Shown here piece by piece: positions 40,401 through 52,052 of a DNA stretch of 64,000 nt (its first letter is position 1; each line of letters opens with the position of its first letter). The notes under the pieces are model-generated. The model was not told the origin of the DNA. It saw only the letters and a program-made list of their open reading frames with translations, and did no database searches. Location of the stretch: NCBI RefSeq assembly GCF_964204865.1, contig NC_135262.1:1240001-1304000 (forward strand), given 5' to 3'. This DNA comes from Styela clava (Eukaryota). The translations under genes and the position numbers were made by a program.

Positions 40401-43400
40401 GTAGTTGTAAATACAAAAAGTTATCTGCGGTGCACGTAACCATAAATTTGCTGCGGTCGTCTATCGTTTAAATTCCTAAAATAACTCGACATTTCGCGCT
40501 AACGATTTGGTTGTAACACTAAATTTTATTGCTAAAATTACCTAAGTCGCTTAGACCAGTGGTTCCCAACCTTCATACATATCAAGCGACCCAACTTATA
40601 TATTTTGTAAATTCTTGCAACCCAAGAATATGCTAAAAGATTAAACGTGTACTCTTGTGGGTACTCCTGTAGTAAGCGAACCAAGATGGCGGGCACCGGA
40701 ACGTAGCATGTGTACCATGTAAGGGTTAGGCCAGGGGTTCCCAAGCTTTTTTCAGGACGACCCCAAAGACAACTTTCAAGTGTCCAGTGCGACCACAGCT
40801 CAATATATATATTTTTCATGGAACTTTAGAGCTTTTTTCTATTGGACTTTTGAGATTGGTCATGTGGTGGTATTAATTAAAATAAGCTAAAACCAAACAG
40901 TGATGTCACAACAATCACCTACATTTTCTATAGCATAAGCATAGAGCAATGCCTATGGGCCTGTTTTACAGTAAGCCATGGTACAAACTGCTAAATTTAA
41001 CATGGTTTGTCAAATCTTAGATGTTTTGCACATCCACCCTCTACCATAACTCAGCGACCCCATGAACTGTTTGCGACCCTACCTACTTATCACTCCGACC
41101 CAGTTTAGAGTCGTGACCCCTGGTTTGGGAACCCCTGGGTTAGGCCATAATTTCAGGTACAATTACTACGGGAGTCACTCGGCTAGTCCCCAAACTCGTA
41201 ATAAAACTAAAATAAGAAAAATTGGAATAAAATGATGGTCTAACCTTAACCTTGCACACATTAATTAAAAAAATAACATTTACTTTCTGAGAAATTACTT
41301 TAAAGTGGGAACTCCGCTCCTGTTTTTCGTCAGCAAGTTTTTTAAATCGACGCGTCGCTTATTTAAGCGAAATAAATGCTAGCAAGCTTTTACGCAGACA
41401 CGCAATCACTATTATGGCAACACTTCATATATATATATATTCAATAAAATTTACTATAAAATGAAATAATTACCTTTTAGGTTTTTACTGAAAAAAGCGA
41501 CCCCAAACAAAGTTTCAGGCTACCAAGTTTTGAGTCGCGACCCATAGGTTGAGAAATACTGGCTTAGGCTAATAATGGTTGCTACGACGGCCTACCGGTA
41601 CCGAAAAAGTGTGAAAAAACATCACGATTCGGCGACAGTAAGAGATTGGCAACGACAAAGTATATTACCTTCTTCTTTGTAATATTGATAACTAATGCTA
41701 ACTTGCTTTTTCAAAGCTATAAAACAACATGTCAGGACTAAGCGACAAAACATATACTTTTCGCTGCGTAGTTTTCACTGGGTCAAGTTTTTCAATAGTG
41801 ATATCATTAATGTGTATTGTTTCATTGTTACATCACTTCTAATTATAATACCTATTAAGTTGTTACAGTAGTATAGGTTTAAATTCAAAGTTAATTAAAA
41901 TTCGGTCTTCGGCTCCCGGAAGACACATCTTCAAATTGTTGATTAAAATCTCGGGTAAACAATTGTATCTCGTTGTCAGAGGGAAGTAAAAGAGATGATT
42001 AGCTCTGATATAGGATGAACGAATCTCTTTTGATTCCTAAATCCAGTCTGGAGATAACTACCGACTTATTACTTATTGATCTTAAGATTGGTAAGTATGT
42101 TGTTCCTTATCGATCTTAAGATCGGTAAGTATGTTGATAGGTATTTGTCTGTCTGTTTGTCTGTGTGTTAGATGCACGCGATATCTCCCGGAAGCGAGGT
42201 TGAATCTGCTCCAAATTTTGCATGTGCATTCATCATAGCTCGGGTCAGAAGCCTATTGATTTTGGGTGGATTATGTCTTATAATTATCGATTTATTAAGT
42301 TATTAGTGATGGGACACACGGTGTCACTATGGAGTAAGACCACTGTTTTGGGGGATCCTCTAACCTTCGATCGATAAGTCTTCGGTTTCTAACCGATATT
42401 CCAGTTTCATATTTAGGAGATATAATTATTCAAATCCTGGATATAACAATTGTCTCTCGCTCGGTTACCAAGCCCCGTTTGGTGCTAACTATTTTACAAT
42501 TGCAGGTCTGAAATGGGCAAAATACGGCCCGCGGGCCGGATTCAGCCCGTAGGGTAATTCAGTCTAGCCCCCGGATGCTGCCACAATCAAGCTGAAACCA
42601 AGTTTTGATGTTTAAACTAAAAGATAGCTCAATGAATTTATTGGGGTATAGGTCAACGTTTCCCGCTGTAGTATATATATTCATAATATTTTTCAGCTCT
42701 TCATTATTACAATGATTCTCACACTAGGGCTGGGCATTTCGAATCAAATATTCGAATATTCGACTCGACTCGAATAGTAAATTATTCCAATCGGTTCAGA
42801 GCTAAATTTCGAATCGCCGTCATCTTGTTTTTATCTTTCCGCTAATGGTCGAGGTGAATTCCCCAATTTTTTTTTATTGGAGTCATATTTTTTTAACGAA
42901 ATTCTAACGTATTACTATTTTCTGTAGTGTTATGTTATTCTGTGTGAACGCTGAGTAATCTATCTGAGTGATTTATTCTATGTCTTCAGTAATTCATTTG
43001 TTGAGAGGACCAATTACTATAATAAAGTCATTATATATTTTGTATTTGAGATTCGATTCGAAAAAATTATTCGATTCGATTCTGAAATCACAAGGTATTC
43101 GAAAATACCCAGCCCCAACTCACACATTATAAATTACATGAACTGCACGAAAGCAGGAGTGCGACTTGCGCATGACACTAGGGTCCATTAAAGATCCAAC
43201 AAATAACGGAAACATAGTTTTTACGGAAAGTATGGGGGTAATAACGCGATTCAAACAGGCGAAGAGGAAAATTTGATTTAAAAAGCTGTGCACCGCTGAT
43301 TTAATGACGCCGTAATCGACCTACGATTGAATAAACCATCCCCTGGCGGAGAGGAGCTCAGCAATCTCTCTCACAAAAATCAAATGACTAATTGTTTTTA

Positions 43401-46400
43401 TATTTACAGACTGGAACTAATTTAGTAAAAAGACCAGATGGGAAAGTCACATGCCAAGAGAACTCCCACACCGATCCATCAGGAACTCTTCGAATGATGG
43501 GGAAAACTTGTGGATCGTCGAGAAAACGACGGGAAACAGGAGAAAGAGTGAAAGTAACTGAATATTCTAAATCTGGGTTCTTCAATTTTTTAAGCTGCGC
43601 CCCCTATTTAGAATTTGTCATGCCTCGCGCCCGCCTCAAAAATAACTAGCTAACAATAAGCTACAAATAACAGATAGTAAGGCGAAAGTGTGTTTTATTC
43701 AAAAAACATGTTGAAAATATGTGGATGGAATCGCAATGGAATTGTCTACGCTTTCCTTGTTGGCGCGCTCCACCGTTTGTTAATCACTATTCTATATATT
43801 CCAAGTCGTCAAACTCGATTGGCTGTGAACTCCCTCCAGGGGCGGGCCAAACTTTTTTGCTGTCCATGACAAGTTTCTGATAACGACGCCCCTTATATAC
43901 CTAACTTCAAAAATAATTCGAGGAGTAAACCGAGTAATGTTATTATACATTAGAATGACTAGATTAAAGGTAAAGTAGGATTGAAATGTTTGAAACCCCC
44001 AGAAATGTAAAAAGCATTTTCCGTAGCTTGGAACGCTTTCTAGAAAGTCTCTTCAAAACCAACTTTTCCCGACTCCGGCCGAACCCGCTAGCTCATGCGG
44101 TCTAACTTGGAAATTAGAATTCCAGGAGCTTCAAATTTCAGCAAAAGTCGAAGTCGAACTTTTGTCACCTTGAATTTGGTTTTGTCACGTAATATTACTA
44201 AATGTGAAAACATGACATCAATTCAAAGAGAAGAAGAATAGTTCTAGTGAACAAAATAGACTAGAACGTTTAATATTCTTTACTTTCACATTCATAAAAA
44301 AAAAATAAGACAACGAGTTATAATGTTAAATGATCTTTTCTTTGTCCCCAGTAATCAAAAAGAGTAATCAAAAAGTAATCAAAAAGACAACAAGGTGGAG
44401 CGTTTTTAATCATCATTTCCCTTCCCCTGTTGCTAAAAAATATTGAACCTCTTGAAGTATGCGCACCAAGATGTCGCACAACTTGAACTGAGGTTGTGTA
44501 CCAGGTTAGGGTTCAGGTTGTGCGACATCTTGGTGCGCATACTTCAAGAGTACCAAAATATTTGTTTTCAGAGATCCAATCCAATTCTGAGTGACAAACA
44601 CAGAGACGTACTTTTCCTTGTTGACGAGAGCGGAAGCGTAAACGAGAACAATTTTAAAAGAGAAATGAAGATGGCCAAAGCCTTAACTGAAAGTAAGACC
44701 TTTTTGAAATTTCACTCAACATCTGATACTGGTACACACCAGCGATCATACATTTATTTATATGTCAGAAAACACAATGTTTAGATTAGCACTTATGCAT
44801 GAAAATCGAAAGTTTGCACAAATGCCCTGATATCCAGTCACTTATGTATTTTTTATAAATCACATCTTTATTGCTGACAATGTAGTGGCCTTATTAGTGA
44901 TTTTTCTCATATTTTGTAATGCTGCAGTAAAACCAGATCAGCTTATGTCACATTCAAATTTTGGGAAAATCGCCTTTTTGTAATTTTTTGATCTACACAG
45001 CTATATTTAAAATGGACATGAGGTACCACCTAATATTAACGGTCCAAATAAACATAAAATTAAAAAAGTCCATTTTTGAAAAATGTGGCACCTCGGTTTA
45101 GCTGTGGTGATATATTTATTTTTGAACTTGGCTATCCCATTTTTTTCAGAACTCTGCGGAAGCATCGCTGTTGGCAAACACACAACAAGAGTCGGCGTTA
45201 TGACATTTGATAAAGAGAATCATGTTCACCTCGGCTTCGATGAACTTTTTGAGCGACACCAAGTTTTGAATCATATGAAGGATATTACGTGAGTATCACT
45301 TTAAGATATGATCGATTTTATCTGATTTTCACGGAGTTCAGCGGATAAGACCTCAAATATGATAGAATTGTGCACTTTTGGATGCAAGCATGAAACTTGG
45401 AACACATGTAGTGTAGCATCTTCTGATTAATCTTGGATATGGTGCCATTCAAAAAAATACCCCGTTGCCATGGAAACGAGGCATTATCCGTATTGCTATC
45501 CAAGGGTAAGAATACTTTAGGAAAGAATATTTCCAAGATAAGTAAACCGATGTGTACTTAAGAAGTAAGGAATATGATAAAAAGTGCATTTTGACAATTG
45601 CCCTTGATAACAGAATACCTGGTTACCATGGAAACGAGGTATCGTTATCGATCAAACACGATTATTAGTCGCACAACCTGAACGCTAACCGGAACACAAA
45701 TACTACGTTCATGTTGTGCGCTACCTTGGTGCACATACTTCTGGAGCTCACCCATCCCTATTAATATGTGTACTAGGTTAGGGTTAGGCCATAATTTTAG
45801 GTATAAATACTACGGAAGGCTCTTGGCTAGTCTTCGAACTGATAATAGGACAAAAATAGGGAAAATTGGAAAAAAATTATCGCCTAACCCTAACTTAGTA
45901 CACATGTTACGTTCCGATGTCCGCCATCTTGGTTCGCATACTTCGGGAGCACCGAATATTGTCTTTAAAAAATACGTCTCTCCGTTCCTTGTTGAAAAAC
46001 GTCATTCGGAATCCACATTGCGTTTCCCACTCATAGTGATGGATTTGTTACAGTGGCTGGCAAATTACGGCAGCTGCAGAGAGAATGTTGGTAGAAAAAT
46101 AAGTCCAAACCTAGACTAAGGTTTATATAATAAACAGCATAATGTAGCAATCGGATCATCTTGGATGAGTTTCAGGTATATGTGGCTGGTTTTCCACATT
46201 ATTTACAGAAGCAGATAATACATTCTATATCGTAGCCGAAGACTCGTTAGTCTCAACGCAAATGTATATACATAGAAAATATATTATATATATTGTAGTC
46301 GTAAATTCTACAGGCACAAGTGGGCCGGATGAAATACTTCGGCGAGCTGGATCCTGCCCGCGGTATTTCGCCCTCCCTGCCTTAGTGGTACTTGAATCAA

Positions 46401-49400
46401 TCGGACTTCAATCAATTATTGGAAACGAAGAGTACATATGGATCGTTTTATTATTATTTTGTTCTTGCACCAAGGAGGCGCACAACATGAATGTAGTATT
46501 CGTGTTCCGGTTAGGGTTCAGGTTGTGCGACTAATAATCATGTTTGGTCGATACCTCGTTTCCATGGTAACCAGGTATTCTGTTATCAAGGGCAATTGTC
46601 AAAATGCGCTTCTGATCATATTCTTTACTTCTTAAATACACACCGGTTTACTTATCTTGAAAATATCCTTTCCTAAAGTAATGTTTTTTTTCACTTTTAT
46701 AGCTATACGGATGATGCCTCGTTTCCATGGCAACGGGGTATTTTTTTGAATGGCACAATATCCAAAGTTGATCAGGGGATGCTACTGTACATGTGTACCA
46801 AGTTTCATGCTTGCATCCAAAAGTGCAGGATTTTACCTCTTATCCGCTGGACTAACGTATAAACCCAATGTGATGAAATCTAAAACAAACATTGAAATAT
46901 TAATTTGGGTTGGATTGCGCGAGACTAACCTCCTATCCTTTCTCAATGCCTTTATGCCAGTGGATCCGTATGCGTATGCTGCAAGGATGCTGTAGCAGGA
47001 ATAAACATGACCATACTATGCCATTCAAGAGTCTTGCTGCACACTAAATCAAATGTATTTCTGTAACGTTTCGTCCGACCAGAGTCACACTTCCTCAGAC
47101 AAGCAGTTTACAACAATCTGATTGTTGTAATTAACTCGAAAATCGTGTGCACTGAACTCCAACAAACCTCAGTATTTTCACTACATTTTATAAGACTGCA
47201 ATTCCATTGGATACCAGGCAATATACTGTTCTATATCTGTCACAATGATTATAATCGCGGTGCTCAGGAAATGTGTATCGCGTAACGTACGAACGTGTCT
47301 AACAGACAGACAAATACCTATCAACATACCTACCGATCACGATCGATAAATAACGAGAAACATTGATTCATTGTAGTTAACGTGGGAATCAGATTGTTGT
47401 AAACTGTTTGTCTGAGGAAGTCGGACACTGGTCGGACGAAACGTTACAGAAATACATTTGTGTTAGTGTGCAGCTGGACTCTTTAATTGGATTGAAATAT
47501 AAAGTTCGATTTTTATTAATAGTTAGTCTTTGCACTTTTTCACCTTTTAAATGTTTTTCTCTCCTTTTTTTTTCCTCGTATACTTGTATGTATTTGTAAT
47601 GAGGAAGGACATCGACAAGGTTGTCCCTGGAAACATCCATGAAATGGGAAGATACAAAAAAATATGTCTTATGGACAAGCCTGCATACTGCAAACTTATT
47701 ATTTACAGTGTTTATGCCTTTCGCGGCCTTTATGCCTTTTTCTTTCGACTTAATTTATTTTCATTTGTGTTCACAATGTTTCCTGCATAACGAACATAAA
47801 AAATCTAATGTTTTCATTTTTTTTCAGTTACAATTCGAAAACAGCCGGACGGACATGCTTAACAGACGCTCTGGATTATTCTTTAAAAAGCGTGATCGTT
47901 CCTGGACGTGGGGCAAGGAATAAGGTTCCAGGAACGGAGAGGGTCGTCGTACTTATTACTGATGGGTAAGCTGCGAAACCTTAAACGCTTTGATATCATA
48001 TTAATATTATAGAATAAGATAGGCTTTACATATTTATCTAGGGACGATAAGACGGCTAAATCATATGGCGAACCACGGCCTTTCGTCCTGTTACCAGTAG
48101 GGCTGGGAATTTCAGGGAAAACACTTTAACCGTTAACCGGGTAAAATTAACCGGTTAACCGCAGCGTGACGTTCATATAATAATTTATAATTTAGCTTGT
48201 TACGTCACAATGGTTACAAAGCAATTTCGCGTGACCTTATTCTGGTATCGCTCAAAATTATTCACGAATCGAGATAGTTTCGTGATCGCTCTGCTGCAAG
48301 AGATATGCAGCATGGGTAGGTCATATGGAAGTATTTTAGTAAAACCCGATTCCGTTATTAAATTTCATTTATGTGACAAATTTTCAGTGTTTGATGTGCA
48401 AATTTTACTTTGAGATATATAAGGAAAAACAGCATCAACTACGCAATTGTTGGTTGACATTGTTTACGATTTTGAAATAAAATCGTGAACAATATATTCC
48501 GACCGAAAACTGATTCATAATTAATTATCGTCAAATTTTCATAATCAGCAATCTTGGTACTTCAATTTTTTTCACATTTATTGGGTCCACACCAATACAG
48601 TTAGCGATATTCTTTTGAATTAAACGCCACATGAGATAAATTTGCGATGACGTAATCATTTTTGGAAGAATTGTACATTTTAAAGATGATTTGTACCTGT
48701 GATGCCAGTTAACGGTTAAAATAAATCGTAACCGTTAACCATCTAAAATCGGTTAACTGATTAACCGGTTAACCATTCCAAGCCCTAGTTACCAGTCAAT
48801 GTCGGATGTGTAATTATTCAGCCAGTTATTTGTTTTCGGAAGTATGAACTTGATAGGGCGGGGATGGCGATCTTTTTCAAGGAATGGATCAAATATTATA
48901 TTTTCATCCCGTAACAGAATAGAGGCCCTAGTATTAATTAATATGAAATTTGTTGTTACATCACGAAGTAATACTTCTGCATTCCCTTCCCGAAAACAAC
49001 AAAATTTCGTTCAAAATTCCCCAATTTCAACATAGTCAATCCTCAACTGACACATGGTTCAATCATCAACTGACTAGACCCAGTAAGCCTGGCCAACAGT
49101 TGTACTTATCACAATGTCTCGTCTATACAATAATAACCAACGTTGGTTCTCCGAGGATTCAAACTGTGTGATTATCCTTTTTTTAATTTTGTGTATGATT
49201 ATTTTTTTTTGTACCCCGCGACTTCTACTCCCAGTAAAAATGTATGATTATCTACTTTTTTAACGTCGTGTATGTTTTATACTGGTTGAAAAGCGGAAGT
49301 ACTCCCTCTCAAAATGTGAAAAAAAGATTTTTTTTGTATCATACATTACAGTTGATAAACTCGAAACGCATTTTAGACATTCAAGGGGGGTTACGCCCCC

Positions 49401-51674
49401 CCCCCCCCCCCCTGTTTTTGAATGATAGTTAGAATAGTACTCCTGTTACCTTTTTATTATTGTATATTACTGTTTTTACTGGTTGAAAAAAGAAACTTGA
49501 TTTGATTTATATTCCAGGTGCGCAAATTGCAGAAACCAAAACTCGCTCCCGAATGCTTTGAATAAGATGAGAATTAAATTTGAGAAGGAAAAGATCCCGT
49601 TTATCACGTTTTTCATCGGAAGCAACACGAACTGTGTCAGAATCATGGCGGTGAGTTGATGAACGTTTTCAAACTTTGGTTTGGAGTAGCTGACAACTAG
49701 GGGCGCACACTTTTGCGGGTCGGACTTGGACTTGCACACACACACACACATACACACACCTTCGAAATGTAAAAAAAAAGGTTTTGACCCGCTAGTTGTC
49801 ACGATCAGATTCAGATTCAGATTTTATTTTCGTCATGCAAAACCAATATACGATATGAAAAAATAAAAAAAGGCATATAACAAATTACGAAGACGGATAT
49901 CGGCTTGTTGCAATAGACGAGGGATCGCGAAAGACTCAAAGAGTCATCCAGTCAGCGACACCTTGTAGCTGCATTGAAGCAGCAAATATAGCAACCGAAC
50001 AACTCAATATTAAATAGTCACTAAATTCGACACAATCATATATATAAAAGGGACAACAAAAAGAATGCCACAATGACCACGAAAATTTACCTAAACATTC
50101 ACTAAATTAGACTCACTACAATTAGAAATTTTACAACCCCCCTTTTGAAAATTCCCTTGTTGACATCCACAAGAATAAACTGTCCTCGGGAGCCGTGTAA
50201 AGCGTGCGAAAATTCGTTATTTATGTATTATTACTAGCGGAGAGAGAAGTTGATAAGACGGCGTAATCATATCACGAACCACAGCCTTTCGTCCGGTTAC
50301 TTAAGTATAAGTATAGGTTTATTTCGACTCCATAATCAGCAATAGACGATAATAATAACAGATAAAACAAAAATAAATGTAACTGATTATAGAATCGGGA
50401 GAACGAACAAAACCTCGACTTTCGTCCGGTTACTTGTTCAGGATTAGTTGAGTTTTTGTTTGTGACTTTTTTTATTGAATTAGATCCTCAAGACATATGA
50501 ATCATTTGGATTTTAAACAAAGAGTTCATCACTCAGTCAGTTAGAGGAGTTGTCTCACACAATAACAAGCATGTTTCGTCAATAACTCACAAGGCAGAAA
50601 AGAGTCATATGTATCCCAGAACTGCGTTTTACAAATATGACGAATCCAAATTGCCGTCTGAATCAATTTGAATTATTAACTATTGAATTGGATTCGAAAG
50701 CTCGATTCAAAATGTCTTGCTCTAGATTCAGATATTTATTATTCGTTAGGCAAGAATCAATTTGAAGCAGAAGAAAAAAGCAGCAAACCAAAAAACTAGA
50801 TAACGATCGAAGACTACCGACTTCGATCTAGCGGCGTGTATCCTTCGCTCTGACTCAATAGCGACACTGCGTGTCCCATCACCGAGATATGATGTGTGAT
50901 ATGAGATATGATGAATGCACGTGCAAAATTTGGAGCAGATTCAACCTTGCTTTCGTGATATATCGCGTAACATACGAAAGTGTCTAACAGACAAACAAAC
51001 AAACGAGAATATCAGTCGGAGACCGAAGACCTATCGACCGAAAGTTAGGGGATCCCGGAACAGAGACCGCGGTTTCGATTCATCCGCTCTTACTCCATAG
51101 TGACACCGTGTGTCATATAATTAATACCTCGCTAATTATACGACATAATTCATCCAAAATCTATAGGCTTCTGGTCCGAAATATGATGGATGCACATGCA
51201 AAATTTGAAGCAGATTCAACCTCGCTTTCGTGAGATATCGCGTGTATCTAACAGACAGACAAACAAACAAACAAATACCTATCAACATACTTACCAATCA
51301 AGATCGATAAATAACGAGAAATATCGATTTATTGCAATTAACGTGAGATCGCGAAAGACTCAGTGAGTCATCCAGTCAGCGATATCAAATGCTGTAATAT
51401 AGCAACAAATAAAGAAATGAAGCAATCTGATGAAAAAAAATCATCTCTAAATCACACAAGCATGGGAAAACAACTCAGCAATAAATTTGAATTAAATTAG
51501 TCAACTGGAACAAGTAACTTATTTGTAACTTCTTTCCAGGGACTCGCTGATGGCTCCCGTTGCTACCAAGTTTTCAGAGCGACGACCTGGCAAGAATTTG
51601 ACGCTATGATTGAACACATTGAGAAAAGAGATTGCATGGACGGTTGGGAGATCGGGCCTAGCTGCCCAGCTTAG
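37463..51674 (+). CDS. Secreted TSP1-like plus vWA domain protein, 378 aa. Exons 37463-37568, 39067-39204, 39906-39988, 43410-43553, 44572-44692, 45150-45288, 47828-47965, 49518-49650, 51540-51674
   Basis: Exon sum is 1137 nt, phases compatible, all GT-AG. Signal peptide MKTSLVIAVLVFVCCTLGQA; TSP1-like DCKWVAWSGSKC...QTRRKIPAKNGGAACKG...DC; vWA DVLFLVDESGSV...TRVGVMTF...GRTCLTDAL...RVVVLITDG. Extra small exons cannot be excluded. Confidence 0.87.
37689..38593. mobile_element. hAT-like MITE containing a second MITE
   Basis: TAGTAGTTCTCAAC ... GTTGAGAAGCACTG termini; GTGGTACG subterminal repeats. Confidence 0.6.
38014..38486. mobile_element. hAT-like MITE
   Basis: TIR CAGTGATGAGCTG/CAGCTCATCACTG; perfect TSD GATGTAGT. 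Confidence 0.9.
39338..39768. repeat. ~73-bp minisatellite, about 6 degenerate units
   Basis: TATGCTTAC-type unit starts at 39338, 39411, 39541, 39614, 39687 and 39760. Confidence 0.85.
40185..40363. mobile_element. Short hAT-like MITE
   Basis: CAGTGGTAGGATTCA ... TGAAACCCACCACTG; TSD CCTATATC/TCTATATC. Confidence 0.75.
40557..41561. mobile_element. Three-level nested insertion: outer hAT MITE, then a GGTTAGG-family element (~40660-41262), then an inner hAT MITE (40732-41137)
   Basis: Outer TSD GCTTAGAC/GCTTAGGC; inner TIR CAGGGGTTCCCAA with perfect TSD GGTTAGGC. Confidence 0.82.
42068..42406 (+). mobile_element. HINE-like element with a duplicated 5' hairpin
   Basis: TTA(C)CTTAT.GATCTTAAGAT.GGTAAGTATGTTG occurs twice (42068 and 42103) before the family body. 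Confidence 0.75.
42725..43117. mobile_element. hAT-like MITE (TAGGGCTGGGC family)
   Basis: TIRs; TSD TCTCACAC/ACTCACAC. Confidence 0.82.
44449..44550. repeat. Palindromic mini-element (40-bp arms) of the GGTTAGG family
   Basis: CTCTTGAAGTATGCGCACCAAGATGTCGCACAAC...GTTGTGCGACATCTTGGTGCGCATACTTCAAGAG; sibling at ~55835-55940. Confidence 0.88.
45334..46855. repeat. ~400-bp inverted repeat pair (45334-45733 and 46467-46855) in vWA gene intron 6
   Basis: The arms align as reverse complements over their length (e.g. GACAATTGCCCTTGATAACAGAATACCTGGTTACCATGGAAACGAGG). Confidence 0.88.
47060..47103 (-). ncRNA. Penelope-type minimal hammerhead ribozyme motif
   Basis: Reverse complement reads TTGT-CTGAGGA-A-GTGTGAC-TCTG-GTCGGAC-GAAACGTT-ACAGA. 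Confidence 0.6.
47407..47450 (+). ncRNA. Penelope-type minimal hammerhead ribozyme motif
   Basis: TTTGT-CTGAGGA-A-GTCGGAC-ACTG-GTCGGAC-GAAA-CG-TT-ACAGA: core CUGANGA/GAAA, stem II hairpin with one mismatch, palindromic ACGU in place of stem III. Confidence 0.65.
48098..48787. mobile_element. hAT (Ac-like) MITE inserted into a SINE relic
   Basis: TAGGGCTGGGAAT ... ATTCCAAGCCCTA; perfect TSD GTTACCAG; TTAACCGGTTAACC subterminal motifs. Confidence 0.9.
49806..49963 (-). mobile_element. Probable LINE/SINE 3' tail
   Basis: (CAGATT)n tail plus TTTATT on the + strand and a GACTC..GAGTC stem; similar pieces at ~37090-37215 and 51345-51385. Confidence 0.45.
50795..51314 (-). mobile_element. Two head-to-tail HINE-like copies (50795-51001 truncated; 51002-51314)
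   Basis: Family consensus present twice in tandem. Confidence 0.72.
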
Positions 51675-51849
51675 CTTTGAGATGCTTCTGTCGATCTTTT
51701 TGCTTTTGAATTATGTCTTGCAAACTTGCAACTTCATAATGAATAACAGAGAAATACAGGGTGGTCGCTAGAAAAACAGAAAATTTGTTGAACGGCTATT
51801 TATTTTTACAAAGAATAACTTTTACAAGTTAAAGGCATATGTCATATTA

Positions 51850-52052
51850 GGTGACCGTACATTTGAACCCATGTACATTTGAACCCATGCGTATATCCAC
51901 GGGTTCAATCTATATGCGGGTGCTAAAACCCATGGGTTAGGGTTAGTATGGGTTTAACTATCCGTGAAACAAAAAAAATTCCATAGGTGCAATAGCATAC
52001 AGGTGCAATTGTCATGGGTTCAAATGTACGTGGGTTCAAATGTAATGGAACC
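51850..52052. mobile_element. Small TIR element with 15-bp sub-repeats
   Basis: GG..TACATTTGAACCCATG twice at the left end, inverted at the right end; internal GGTTAGGGTTAG. Confidence 0.75.

Noticed and set aside
45775-45792. GGTTAGGGTTAGG telomere-like motif (also 40723, 44504, 51935, 55892)
   Set aside because: At most two units, and always internal to a dispersed TIR element family.
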